Positions 32,778 through 40,726 of a stretch of 48,335 nucleotides of DNA are shown here, in pieces. Position numbers and translations under genes: made by a program. The notes beneath the pieces are model-generated. The model was not told the DNA's origin. It made no database searches and was given only the letters and a program-made list of their open reading frames with translations. Origin of the DNA: a bacterium (GTDB lineage: Bacteria; Bacillota_I; Bacilli_A; RFN20; CAG-826); assembly GCA_004561785.1 (NCBI GenBank), contig SFUB01000001.1, positions 1 through 48,335 on the forward strand. Reading direction: 5' to 3'. Each line of letters opens with the position of its first letter. The stretch's first letter is position 1.

Positions 32778-33290
32778 TTATTCGGCGGCGGGAGCGGGAG
32801 CTCCTCCGTCTTTCTCCGACGCGGCTTTGACGGTCGCGGCGAATTTCTGAATTGGCGCATTGAGCACCGATAGGAACATAGAGAGCAAACCGTTGCGATC
32901 CGGAAGTTTGGCAAGAGCCTTCATCTGATCCGCATCGAACGCTTGTCCTTCGCCCATGCCGCCGCGGATGACGAGATGTTCATGCCTGCGGCTGAATTTG
33001 GCGACAACCTTCGGTCCGGCCGAGAGTTCCTTGGAGAAGACCAAGGCATTCGGGCCTTCGAGAACGCTGTCGAGGTTCGGGGCGCCGGTATCCGCGATGG
33101 CGCGCTTGACGAGGGTGTTCTTGTAAACGCCCATGGAAGCGCCGTCCTTTTCGAGGAGTCTGCGGAGCTCCTGAATCTCAGCGACGGTGAGTCCTTGGTA
33201 GGAAACAACCGTGACGGAAGCGGATTCCTTGATCCCTTTGGTGATCTCGGCGACGGCTTCCTTTTTGGCTTGGAGAGCTTGCTGATTCAT
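32778..33290 (-). CDS. rplJ: 50S ribosomal protein L10
   Basis: 170 aa with VVSYQGLTVAEIQELRRLLEKDGASMGVYKNTL, immediately upstream of rplL. Confidence 0.97.
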   Translation of the reverse strand: MNQQALQAKKEAVAEITKGIKESASVTVVSYQGLTVAEIQELRRLLEKDGASMGVYKNTLVKRAIADTGAPNLDSVLEGPNALVFSKELSAGPKVVAKFSRRHEHLVIRGGMGEGQAFDADQMKALAKLPDRNGLLSMFLSVLNAPIQKFAATVKAASEKDGGAPAPAAE

Positions 33291-33451
33291 GTGTTTCTAC
33301 CTCCTTTCTTGTCGACTTTATGTGATGCTTCGAATAACTAGTGGGTTGTGATGTTTCATTAACCTCAGCAGGGTGGAGATTTAAGGCACTTGCCCCCGGC
33401 TATCTTAGGTATAGGAAGCGATTCACCGAATTGGATTCCTGCTCTTTCCGA
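33291..33451 (-). promoter_or_regulatory. Probable ribosomal protein L10 leader (autoregulatory 5' UTR of rplJL)
   Basis: A 161-nt untranslated spacer between rplA and rplJ, in the position of the known Firmicutes L10 leader. It contains a GC-rich structured core (..CCTAAGATAGCCGGGGGCAAGTGCCTTAAATCTCC..). No covariance-model search was possible. Confidence 0.5.
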
Positions 33452-34144
33452 TTAGCTGCGGGAAGAGAAGGTGATCTTGATGGAAGGTCCCATCGAAGTG
33501 GAGATGACGACCTTCTGGATGTAGGTCCCTTTGACGGTCGCGGGACGGGCGGCAGCGATTTGGTTGCAAACGGCCTGGATGTTGTCGGCGAGGTCCGCCT
33601 CGGAGAAGGAAACGCGGCCGACGCCCATGGCGAGGTTGCCGTCCTTATCAACGCGGTAAGCGATCTTGCCTTTCTTGATTTCGGCGACGGCGGTCTTGAC
33701 GTCCATGGTGACGGTGCCGGTCTTGGGGTTCGGCATCAAGCCCTTGGGGCCGAGGATACGGCCCATCTTCCCGAGTTCGCCCATCATGTCCGGAGTGGCG
33801 ACGATGATGTCGAAGTCGAACCAGTTCTCGGTCTTGATCTTCTCGAGCATGTCGATTCCGCCGAAATAGTCGGCGCCGGAGGCTTTGGCGTCCTCAAGCT
33901 TGGTGTTGGTGACGACGAGGACCTTCTTGGTCTTGCCGTTGCCGTGGGGGAGGGAGATGGTCCCGCGGATGAGCTGCTCGGCCTTGGTCGGGTTGACGTT
34001 CAGACGGAAGCAGAGGTCGACGGAAGAATCGAATTTGGTGACGGAGGTCTCCTTGACGAGTTTGCAGGCCTCGGCGATGTCATAGACTTTGGCGGTGTCG
34101 ATCTTAGCAAGAGCGACTTTGTAGTTTTTGCTCAACTTTTTCAT
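33452..34144 (-). CDS. rplA: 50S ribosomal protein L1
   Basis: MKKLSKNYKVALAKID...; the ATG at 34144 is preceded by a GAGGAG SD, and the track start at 34159 overlaps the rplK end. Confidence 0.97.
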   Translation of the reverse strand: MKKLSKNYKVALAKIDTAKVYDIAEACKLVKETSVTKFDSSVDLCFRLNVNPTKAEQLIRGTISLPHGNGKTKKVLVVTNTKLEDAKASGADYFGGIDMLEKIKTENWFDFDIIVATPDMMGELGKMGRILGPKGLMPNPKTGTVTMDVKTAVAEIKKGKIAYRVDKDGNLAMGVGRVSFSEADLADNIQAVCNQIAAARPATVKGTYIQKVVISTSMGPSIKITFSSRS

Positions 34145-34155
34145 GGTTTCGCTCC

Positions 34156-34560
34156 TCACTTGATGGCAATGCCCATCTGGCGGCAGGTGCCGGCGATGAC
34201 TTTCTTGGCGGCTTCGACGTCCTCGGTGTTGAGGTCGGGGAGCTTGTACTTGGCGATTTCTTCGAGCTGAGCGTCGGTGATGGAACCAACGATCTGCTTG
34301 GCGCTGCCAGCGCCTTTCTGGATGCCGGCGGCTTTCAAGATCAATTCAGCAGCGGGGCTGGTCTTGATCACGAACTCATAGCTCTTGTCTTCGTAAGCGG
34401 TGATGATGACGGGGACGGTCTGTCCTTTCCTGTCACCGGTCTTCGCGTTGAAGTCGGTGCAGAATTTCGCCATGTTGACACCCGCAGAAGCGAGCTTCGG
34501 TCCTGGATGGGCGTTCCCGCCAGGGAGCTCCATCTTCACGACTTTGACGACTTTTTTCAT
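34156..34560 (-). CDS. rplK: 50S ribosomal protein L11
   Basis: MKKVVKVVKMELPGGNAHPGPKLASAGVNMAKFCTDFNAKT...; the ATG at 34560 is preceded by AGGAGG. The 41-aa extension to 34683 in the track is spurious. Confidence 0.97.
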   Translation of the reverse strand: MKKVVKVVKMELPGGNAHPGPKLASAGVNMAKFCTDFNAKTGDRKGQTVPVIITAYEDKSYEFVIKTSPAAELILKAAGIQKGAGSAKQIVGSITDAQLEEIAKYKLPDLNTEDVEAAKKVIAGTCRQMGIAIK

Positions 34561-34653
34561 GTGCAATCCTCCTTGTGGATTTGGCATGCAGTGGTGATCC
34601 GGGTCTCGTCTAACCCTCCCACGTTTGTGCACGCGGGGGTAATTATGCGCATG

Positions 34654-34683
34654 CATATACGCGAATGCAAGCAAAATTTGCAA
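34654..34683 (-). promoter_or_regulatory. Candidate promoter for rplKA
   Basis: Minus strand reads TTGCAA (34683-34678), 18 nt spacer, TATATG (34659-34654), about 95 nt upstream of the rplK ATG. The match is weak. Confidence 0.3.
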
Positions 34684-35023
34684 AGTCGGTGACTTCCCAA
34701 GTTCAGCGTAGCCGGAAGGGAAACGGTGCGGGCGTTTATATTTGGAAATCGTTGAGCGCCCGCTTTCTATCTCACCGAGAGTTTAGCAATGGCGCTTTGC
34801 TTCTGAAAAACGGCCATTTTCACAAGTTTTTGCACGGTCGGGCTGAATTGGCGAGATTTGCTGGAATCGCCCTACCACCCGGCGTTGCAGCAGATCTTGA
34901 CGTTTCCTTGCTTCCAAGGCGAGAAGCGGATAAACGGAAAGGCGCATCACCTTCCGGGCGGCAAATTCATCGCGGTTCATCTCTCGCAAAAAGGCAAGGC
35001 TTCTAACGAGCAACGATTTTAGG

Positions 35024-35053
35024 CAAGACAGAAAAGACGCCCCGGAAGGCGTC
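35024..35053 (-). terminator. Intrinsic terminator after the metal ATPase gene
   Basis: Minus strand reads GACGCC-TTCCGG-GGCGTC followed by TTTTCTGTCTTG. The stem overlaps the stop codon by 2 nt. Confidence 0.6.
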
Positions 35054-36974
35054 AATCGACTTTGGAATAGCCAAGCAGGAGAGCGAATAAAACCGAAAGC
35101 AAGGCAACTCCGGAGTCCCCTAGAACCGTCACCCACATAGGCACGACGAACGCCCCCGTGGAAGCGGCGATCACCGAAGCGATCATGATCCCGATTTTGA
35201 CGAATAGGGAAAATCCGATGCAGAACATGGCTCGCATTTTGGTTTTGCGCGCCACTTTGATCAAGGTCAGGAGTTTCACGGGATCATCTTGCATCAAGAC
35301 GACGTCCGCGTTTTTCACCGCAACGTCGCTTCCAAGGCCGCCCATGGCGACCCCGATGTCCGCAAAAACGATGGAGGGCGCGTCGTTGATCCCGTCTCCC
35401 ACGAAAGCAACCGCCCCAGAATTTTCATCGATCCGCGAATGGATATAGGACTGCTTTTGCTCGGGGAGGAGCTCGCCGTGCCATTCATCGATGCCGAGAT
35501 TCTTGGCAACGGCCTCGACGTTTTCCTTTTTGTCCCCGGAGAGAAGCATCGTCTTGACCCCGCGCTTTTTAAGGCCCGCGACCATATTTTTCGACGTGGC
35601 CCTCAGCGTATCGTTGAGCACGATGTAACCGGCGAACTCCCCGTCGACGGCCAAATAAGTGACGGAACCGACCATCGCGGGATCCTCGGTGACGATCCCA
35701 TTCTCGATGAGCAACTGCTTTTTGCCGGCAAGTAAGGCGTGCCCTTGGTAATTGGCGATGATGCCATAGCCGGATTTCTCTTCGTATAAGCCAACGTCCT
35801 CGCTGTTTTCATCAAAACCAGAGTAAGCGAGTATGGCTTTCGCGATAGGGTGGCTGGAGCGCGATTCGGCGGCGGAAAGATAAAGAAGGAAGGCGGACTC
35901 GTCCATTCCGATTGGGTGGACTTCCGTCACCGCAAATTTTCCTTCGGTAAGGGTCCCCGTCTTATCGAAGCACACCGTCCCCAGCTCATTGATCTTGTCA
36001 AAATATTCTGCGCCTTTGACGACGACCCCTTTCTTGGAGGCAAGGCCCAAGCCCGCGAAGTAGCAAAGCGGGACCGAGATGACGATCGCGCAGGGGCAAG
36101 AGACGATTAGGAATTCCAGGGCGGTGAAGATCCAATCGCTCCAAACCGAGAAGTCGGATATGCCTAGGAATAGCGGCGGGACCACGGCCACCAAAAGGGC
36201 CAACCCGGTTACGATGGGGGTATAAATCCTCGCAAAACGGGTAATGAAGCGAGTGGCTTTTGATTTTTTCTCCGCGCTGTTTTGAACTAGATCCAAAAGC
36301 TTCGCGACCGTGCAATCTTTGTATTCTTTCCCAACGGAGACAACCAAGGATCCTTCCTTGAGAATCGTCCCGGAGGACACCGCGTCCCCCTCCCCTTTCG
36401 CGACGGGGAGGAATTCCCCGGTCAAGGAGCTTTCGTCCACGGAGCCATGTCCGGAGACTACTTTCCCATCGCAAAGGATCTTCTCGCCAGCGCCTAGGAT
36501 GATCTTATCTCCCACACAAAGTTCTTCCGGAGACTTCAGGACCGTTGAATTCCCATCCACGACCTTCGCCTTTTCGTCGCGAAGGTCCAAGGCGGACACG
36601 ATGGCTTCCTTCGATTTGTCCGCCGCAAGATCCTCAAACACCTCGCCGACTTGGTATAGAAGCATGACCAAGACGCCTTCCAAGAATTCATTATGGTCCT
36701 TCCCAAAGAATCGCAGCGCGAAAGCACCCAAAGAAGCAACCGTCATGAGGAGATGCTCATCGAAGGGTTTGCGCTCTTTGAAGATGCAGAGAAGCCCTTC
36801 CCAAATCACGTCGTATGCGACGATCAGATAGGCAAAGAGCATCACGGGCAAATTGACGGCAAGCCCAAAGGACTCCTCCGTCAGATAGAATTGCCCTAGC
36901 AGCGCCAAAGTCAAGCTGACCGCGATGCGGACGCCCAGGATAATCATTTGAGATTTAGAACGTTCCTCTTCCAT
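35052..36974 (-). CDS. Heavy-metal translocating P1B-type ATPase (Zn/Cd/Co-type), lacking an N-terminal HMA domain
   Basis: CPC motif SCPCAIVISVPL, phosphorylation site DKTGTLT, hinge VGDGINDAP, and no CxxC metal-binding domain. GGAGGA precedes the ATG at 36974; the track start is a GTG at 37001. Confidence 0.92.
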   Translation of the reverse strand: MEEERSKSQMIILGVRIAVSLTLALLGQFYLTEESFGLAVNLPVMLFAYLIVAYDVIWEGLLCIFKERKPFDEHLLMTVASLGAFALRFFGKDHNEFLEGVLVMLLYQVGEVFEDLAADKSKEAIVSALDLRDEKAKVVDGNSTVLKSPEELCVGDKIILGAGEKILCDGKVVSGHGSVDESSLTGEFLPVAKGEGDAVSSGTILKEGSLVVSVGKEYKDCTVAKLLDLVQNSAEKKSKATRFITRFARIYTPIVTGLALLVAVVPPLFLGISDFSVWSDWIFTALEFLIVSCPCAIVISVPLCYFAGLGLASKKGVVVKGAEYFDKINELGTVCFDKTGTLTEGKFAVTEVHPIGMDESAFLLYLSAAESRSSHPIAKAILAYSGFDENSEDVGLYEEKSGYGIIANYQGHALLAGKKQLLIENGIVTEDPAMVGSVTYLAVDGEFAGYIVLNDTLRATSKNMVAGLKKRGVKTMLLSGDKKENVEAVAKNLGIDEWHGELLPEQKQSYIHSRIDENSGAVAFVGDGINDAPSIVFADIGVAMGGLGSDVAVKNADVVLMQDDPVKLLTLIKVARKTKMRAMFCIGFSLFVKIGIMIASVIAASTGAFVVPMWVTVLGDSGVALLSVLFALLLGYSKVD

Positions 36975-36997
36975 GGCTTGTTCCTCCGTTTCGCTGT

Positions 36998-37294
36998 TCA
37001 CCGCTCATTCACGTGTTCGAAGACCAAAGTCAGCAAACGGTTGACGTGGTCGTCATCGAGGGAATAGAAGACATGGGTGCCTTCTTTCCGGGTGGAAACC
37101 AAATGGGCGTTCCGCAGAACCTGAAGCTGGTGGGACACTAGCGACTGAGAGGCCCCCACGGATTCCACGATTTCCGAAACGGATTTTTCTTTATCCGAAA
37201 TCGCATAGAGGATTTTCAACCGAGTGAAATCGCTTGCGATATTGAGCAGGCTCTCCATTTTGTCGATCGTTTTGTCATCTGGCATTTCCGGCAT
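36998..37294 (-). CDS. ArsR/SmtB-family metalloregulator, cysteine-free, CzrA-like alpha5 site
   Basis: wHTH region LKILYAISDKEKSVSEIVESVGASQSLVSHQLQVLRNAHLV. The C-terminal DDDHVNRLLTLVFEHVNE shows D-x-H...H(+11)..E(+14) spacing. AGGAGG lies 7 nt before the ATG at 37294, and the product has no Cys. Confidence 0.85.
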   Translation of the reverse strand: MPEMPDDKTIDKMESLLNIASDFTRLKILYAISDKEKSVSEIVESVGASQSLVSHQLQVLRNAHLVSTRKEGTHVFYSLDDDHVNRLLTLVFEHVNER

Positions 37295-37308
37295 ATTGCA
37301 TCCTCCTA

Positions 37309-37330
37309 AATATGAATAGTGTTTCATATT
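37309..37330. promoter_or_regulatory. Operator-like perfect inverted repeat 1 (8-6-8)
   Basis: AATATGAA-TAGTGT-TTCATATT, directly upstream of the repressor gene SD. Confidence 0.7.
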
Positions 37331-37370
37331 CAAGCAAAATTATACCCACGGAGAAAATGGAATCAATATA

Positions 37371-37392
37371 AATATGAATTATTGTTCATATT
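37371..37392. promoter_or_regulatory. Operator-like perfect inverted repeat 2 (8-6-8)
   Basis: AATATGAA-TTATTG-TTCATATT, with arms identical to repeat 1, 62 bp further upstream. Confidence 0.7.
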
Positions 37393-37558
37393 CTTAAAAA
37401 CATGCTTCCTGAAAGAATAGAAGCGGGGCAATGGTTCCATCGTTCTCTCAAGGGATCCGAAAAATAAAAACGGTGAATCCCGTCGGGCATTGCGGGCTTC
37501 TCGGCCTTAGCCAATAAAAGGGGAATTCACCTACTTTTCGAGCCTCAAGAAAAGCGGT

Positions 37559-38068
37559 TCAAAAGAGCAACCGTTCAAGGATCAGCCCGTTATCAGCGTT
37601 AAGAAGAGCCATACCCTCCTCATCCATAACCGCATAGGAAGCGCAATCGTCCCTGGGAAGGGAAATGCTTCCGGGATTGCAATAGATCGCGCCGGAATCT
37701 CCATATAAGATCTTCCGGTGAGTGTGGCCGTTCAGAAGAATCGTCTTGGCCGGGTAGCGGAGGCAGTAAGGCCGGTGCTGCATGCGGACCTCAAAACCGC
37801 GGAAAGAAAAAGATCGCTCCCCCGGAAGCTCAATGCCCAAAGCCAGCCCATCGGAATAAGAATCATCGCAATTCCCAGCTACGGCCAAAACGCCCTTCTT
37901 GAAAGAAGAGATGACGCGAATCACGGCGTTTTCATCCCCGTCATAGCCCCCATGGAGCAAATCGCCCAGCAAAAGCAAACAATCCGGGTTTTCACGGAAC
38001 AAGGCATTCTTCAGCCTCTCGCAACCGGCCAAGGAACCATGGATATCCGAAACGATGAGGTATTTCAC
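37559..38068 (-). CDS. YfcE-like metallophosphoesterase (calcineurin-like, MPP superfamily)
   Basis: 169 aa with MKYLIVSDIHGS, LLGDLLHGG, GNCD and NGHTH motifs. GTG start with no SD, and TATAAT lies 6 nt upstream. Confidence 0.85.
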   Translation of the reverse strand: MKYLIVSDIHGSLAGCERLKNALFRENPDCLLLLGDLLHGGYDGDENAVIRVISSFKKGVLAVAGNCDDSYSDGLALGIELPGERSFSFRGFEVRMQHRPYCLRYPAKTILLNGHTHRKILYGDSGAIYCNPGSISLPRDDCASYAVMDEEGMALLNADNGLILERLLF

Positions 38069-38115
38069 GAAAACATTATAAGACTCCGACCAAGTCCGCT
38101 AGAATAGTGCCACTT

Positions 38116-38709
38116 ATGAAAAAAGCCTTGGATTGCTATTCCCAAATCACTGATGCCTTCGATTATCTTTGCTCTTCTTGGCTGCGTTTGGATCTGGCCG
38201 ACGGAACAAGGAAGGAAGCGATCAACATCGCCGGGGCATCCGCCTATCTATTCGACAACCTCTTCGCCGAAGAAGACGCCGGAAGCGACATAACCCGCGC
38301 CGTATACGAAGACCTCAGAAGCTCCTACGACCCAAAAGAGCTCTCCGCGAAAGCAACCTCCCTCCGTTTGGGGATGGACAAAGCCCTTTATGAAAAAGGC
38401 GGAACGCCCTTCCGCGATTATTATCGATGGATTTTGCCCTCGGAACCCGATTTGGAGAATGCCCTCAAAGACAACGCCGGATTGCTTGCCTTCGCGACCA
38501 TCGACGCCTTCGTGAGCCTTCTTGCCGAACAGAACAAAGAAGTTTCGGCGCTCCGGATCGCCGAAATCGTGTTCCTGAATCTCACGCGCGTTTTCGAACG
38601 GGTTTTCCGTTCCCATTATGGACCCGATTTCCGGTTCCTTGCCTCGAGTCCCTACTTCCTATCCGTGGAAGAGCAGTTTGAAAGGATACGGGCTTCCATC
38701 GAAGACTGA
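38116..38709 (+). CDS. Hypothetical protein (helical, no recognisable motif); the only plus-strand gene
   Basis: 197-aa ORF from the ATG at 38116 (track start is a GTG at 38107). The amino-acid composition looks coding, and no SD is visible. Confidence 0.55.
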   Translation: MKKALDCYSQITDAFDYLCSSWLRLDLADGTRKEAINIAGASAYLFDNLFAEEDAGSDITRAVYEDLRSSYDPKELSAKATSLRLGMDKALYEKGGTPFRDYYRWILPSEPDLENALKDNAGLLAFATIDAFVSLLAEQNKEVSALRIAEIVFLNLTRVFERVFRSHYGPDFRFLASSPYFLSVEEQFERIRASIED

Positions 38710-38716
38710 GAGAGCG

Positions 38717-38750
38717 CAAAAAGAGCCGTTTGGCTGCTTTTCTTCTTTGC
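38717..38750. terminator. Bidirectional terminator between the convergent genes
   Basis: Hairpin AAAAGAGCC-GTTT-GGCTGCTTTT (one bulge), with a T-tract following the hairpin on each strand. It lies between the stops at 38709 and 38756. Confidence 0.45.
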
Positions 38751-38755
38751 TTTCT

Positions 38756-39529
38756 TTATTCGCTGGTCACGTCCCGGAAATGGACCTTCTCGACCTTAAG
38801 CACCCCTTCCCGGTTGGAGAAGGACTCGCAATATTCCTCCAAAGCCGCTTGGTTGCTATGCATCGCGAAGAGAACTTTGATGACGGTCGCCTCGGTCCCA
38901 TCCTTGGCGATCACAATGTGGGTGGAGATGTTTTTTACGATGAGCCCATTGGCGTCGGCTTGGGAACGGAGGTCGCGCACCATGGCCAGATTTTTTTGGA
39001 CGGTGAATTTGATCTGAGGGCTTCTTTTCCCGATGGCCTTCTCGATATAGAGCAAGCCGGAAAGCAAAGCCACGGTGACGACGTCCACGACAATGGCCTC
39101 TAAGATGAGGCCGCTCCCGCAGGCCATGCCGATCCCCGCGCAGACCCAGAGCGTCGCGGCGGTCGTCAGCCCCCTGACAGAAAGCCCGGTGCGGATGATC
39201 GTGCCGGCGCAGACGAAGCCCAAGCCGGCGAGGATGCCGGCGGCGATCCTCGAGGTGTCGTAGGATACGAGGTTCTTCTCAACGGCCCCGGCGGACAAAT
39301 CGATCTGCCCGGAGACGAGGCCAATCCCGAAGATGGATACGACCATGAGCAACGCGCACCCAACGGAAAGGAGGACGTGGGTGCGAAACCCCGCGGCCTG
39401 CCCTTTCATCTCGCGCTCAATGCCGATGACCCCGGACAACAATCCGGCAACGAGAGTCACGATAAGGACATAGAGAACAAGTCCCCAACCATTGAAACGA
39501 TAAATAAGAGAAGAAATTGCCTGATCCAT
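38756..39529 (-). CDS. MgtC/SapB-family membrane protein with a C-terminal soluble domain
   Basis: 257 aa with GIEREMKGQAAGFRTHVLLSVGCALLM, the typical MgtC N-terminal TM bundle. Confidence 0.88.
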   Translation of the reverse strand: MDQAISSLIYRFNGWGLVLYVLIVTLVAGLLSGVIGIEREMKGQAAGFRTHVLLSVGCALLMVVSIFGIGLVSGQIDLSAGAVEKNLVSYDTSRIAAGILAGLGFVCAGTIIRTGLSVRGLTTAATLWVCAGIGMACGSGLILEAIVVDVVTVALLSGLLYIEKAIGKRSPQIKFTVQKNLAMVRDLRSQADANGLIVKNISTHIVIAKDGTEATVIKVLFAMHSNQAALEEYCESFSNREGVLKVEKVHFRDVTSE

Positions 39530-39558
39530 AAGTCTACCTGCTATGACCGATATGACCG

Positions 39559-39567
39559 ATTATATCA
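39559..39567 (-). promoter_or_regulatory. Candidate extended -10 promoter for the MgtC-family gene
   Basis: Minus strand reads TGATATAAT (TG-N-TATAAT), 29 nt upstream of the ATG at 39529. There is no good -35. Confidence 0.4.
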
Positions 39568-39590
39568 AAAAGGGCGGAATTTTCATTCCG
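39566..39590 (-). terminator. Second, weaker hairpin plus T-tract downstream of nusG
   Basis: Minus strand reads CGGAAT-GAAA-ATTCCG then CCCTTTTT. It overlaps the -35 region of the candidate MgtC-gene promoter. Confidence 0.35.
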
Positions 39591-39623
39591 TTTCATTTTT
39601 TGCCCGTTTTAGGCCTTTATGAT

Positions 39624-39656
39624 GGCGAAAGAAAAGCCCAGGAGCATGCCTGGGCT
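39624..39656 (-). terminator. Intrinsic terminator after nusG
   Basis: Minus strand reads AGCCCAGG-CATGCT-CCTGGGCT followed by TTTCTTTC, 8 nt after the nusG stop. Confidence 0.8.
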
Positions 39657-39663
39657 CGTATTC

Positions 39664-40254
39664 TCACACTTTCTCGATTTCGGAGAAGTCGACGTCGACC
39701 GGGGTGGAGCGGCCGAAGAAGAGGGTCTCGATGCGGCAGGCGCCGGTATCTTTGTCGATGGAGACGATCTTGCCTTCGGTTCCTTCGAAGGGACCGTGGA
39801 TGACGCGGACGGAATCCCCGACGGCGTAGCGGTCGTACATGGATTCGTCGACTTCGCCCATCCTCTTCAAGACAGGTTCGATCTCCTCGCGGGTGACCGG
39901 GGTCGGCTTCTGTCCGCCGCCGGAGGAGCCGGCGATGCCGGTGACGCCCGGAGTGTTACGGACGATGTACCAAGATTCATCGGTCATGATCATCTCGACG
40001 AAGATGTAGCCAGGATAGAGGTTCTTAAGCTTCATCTTGGGTTTGATCTCGCCGGTCTTCTTGTCCTTCTCGGTCGCGGGAAGGCCGTTCTTATCAAGCA
40101 CGGGGACCTGCTGCTCCGCGACGAGGACGCGCAGGATGTAGTCCTGCATGTTCATGTTCTCGATGCGTTTGCGAAGATTGTCGGCGGTCTTCTGCTCGTG
40201 CATGGAATAAGTGGTGACGATGTACCACTGTTTTTCGCCAATGTTGTTTGCCAT
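39664..40254 (-). CDS. nusG: Transcription termination/antitermination factor NusG
   Basis: 196 aa with KQWYIVTTYSMHEQK (NGN domain) and a C-terminal KOW domain (GDSVRVIHGPFEGTEGKIVSID). Confidence 0.97.
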   Translation of the reverse strand: MANNIGEKQWYIVTTYSMHEQKTADNLRKRIENMNMQDYILRVLVAEQQVPVLDKNGLPATEKDKKTGEIKPKMKLKNLYPGYIFVEMIMTDESWYIVRNTPGVTGIAGSSGGGQKPTPVTREEIEPVLKRMGEVDESMYDRYAVGDSVRVIHGPFEGTEGKIVSIDKDTGACRIETLFFGRSTPVDVDFSEIEKV

Positions 40255-40260
40255 GTGTGG

Positions 40261-40455
40261 TTATCCTCCGAAAGCGGCTTTGAGCTGGCTGATCATCGAG
40301 GCGGCGGTGAGATCCTCCAGCGAAAGGAAGATGGCCGCGAAGGCCGTGATGGCGATGACGACGATGATCATCGGAACGAGCTGCTCTCTCTTGGGCCAGC
40401 GGACGCGCTTGCCCTCTTTGATCACTTCTTTGGCGTATTTGCCCGGGGTTGTCAT
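40261..40455 (-). CDS. secE: Preprotein translocase subunit SecE
   Basis: 64 aa, KEVIKEGKRVRWPKREQLVPMIIVVIAITAFAAIFL, a single TM, conserved position before nusG. AGGAGG SD present. Confidence 0.92.
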   Translation of the reverse strand: MTTPGKYAKEVIKEGKRVRWPKREQLVPMIIVVIAITAFAAIFLSLEDLTAASMISQLKAAFGG

Positions 40456-40485
40456 GTTAGGGTTTTCCTCCTTTGACTAGTGGCT

Positions 40486-40635
40486 TCACTTGCTTTCTTT
40501 GTGAAGAGTGTACTTCCCGCAACGGGGGCAGTACTTGTTGAACTGAAGGCGCACGGAAGAGTCTTTGCGCTTGGTCACAGTATAGTTCCTCGACAAGCAA
40601 TCGGAACAAACCAAAAAAACCTTTTCCCTTCCCAT
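40486..40635 (-). CDS. rpmG: 50S ribosomal protein L33
   Basis: Hand-translated 49-aa ORF absent from the track: [49 protein letters not shown]. It has the CxxC...CxxC zinc ribbon and sits in the conserved position before secE. Confidence 0.93.
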   Translation of the reverse strand: MGREKVFLVCSDCLSRNYTVTKRKDSSVRLQFNKYCPRCGKYTLHKESK

Positions 40636-40665
40636 AAAACCTTTATCCAACTTTCAGCGTCAAGA

Positions 40666-40695
40666 ATAATAAGCCAGCTCAAAGCCCTTCGTCAA
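40666..40695 (-). promoter_or_regulatory. Candidate promoter for rpmG-secE-nusG
   Basis: Minus strand reads TTGACG (40695-40690), 18 nt spacer, TATTAT (40671-40666), about 30 nt upstream of the rpmG ATG. Confidence 0.45.
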
Positions 40696-40726
40696 TACGA
40701 TTTGGGCTTTCTCCCTTAAGGGAGGC

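Noticed and set aside
34561-34683. N-terminal extensions offered by the ORF track for rplK (to 34683), hydA (to 46250), the HAD hydrolase (to 44281), rplA, the sigma factor, the ArsR repressor and the metal ATPase.
   Set aside because: The extensions overlap upstream genes or non-coding DNA. They also lack similarity to the conserved N-termini. Internal ATGs with well-spaced AGGAGG-type SD sequences match the expected protein starts.
34665-35136. ORFs 34665..35006 (+) and 34783..35136 (-) in the spacer between rplK and the metal ATPase.
   Set aside because: Neither has an SD. They overlap each other, and the minus one overlaps the ATPase terminator and gene end. Their Arg/Ser/Ala-rich composition is typical of non-coding GC-rich DNA. 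The region may still hold a decayed gene remnant or the rplK leader.
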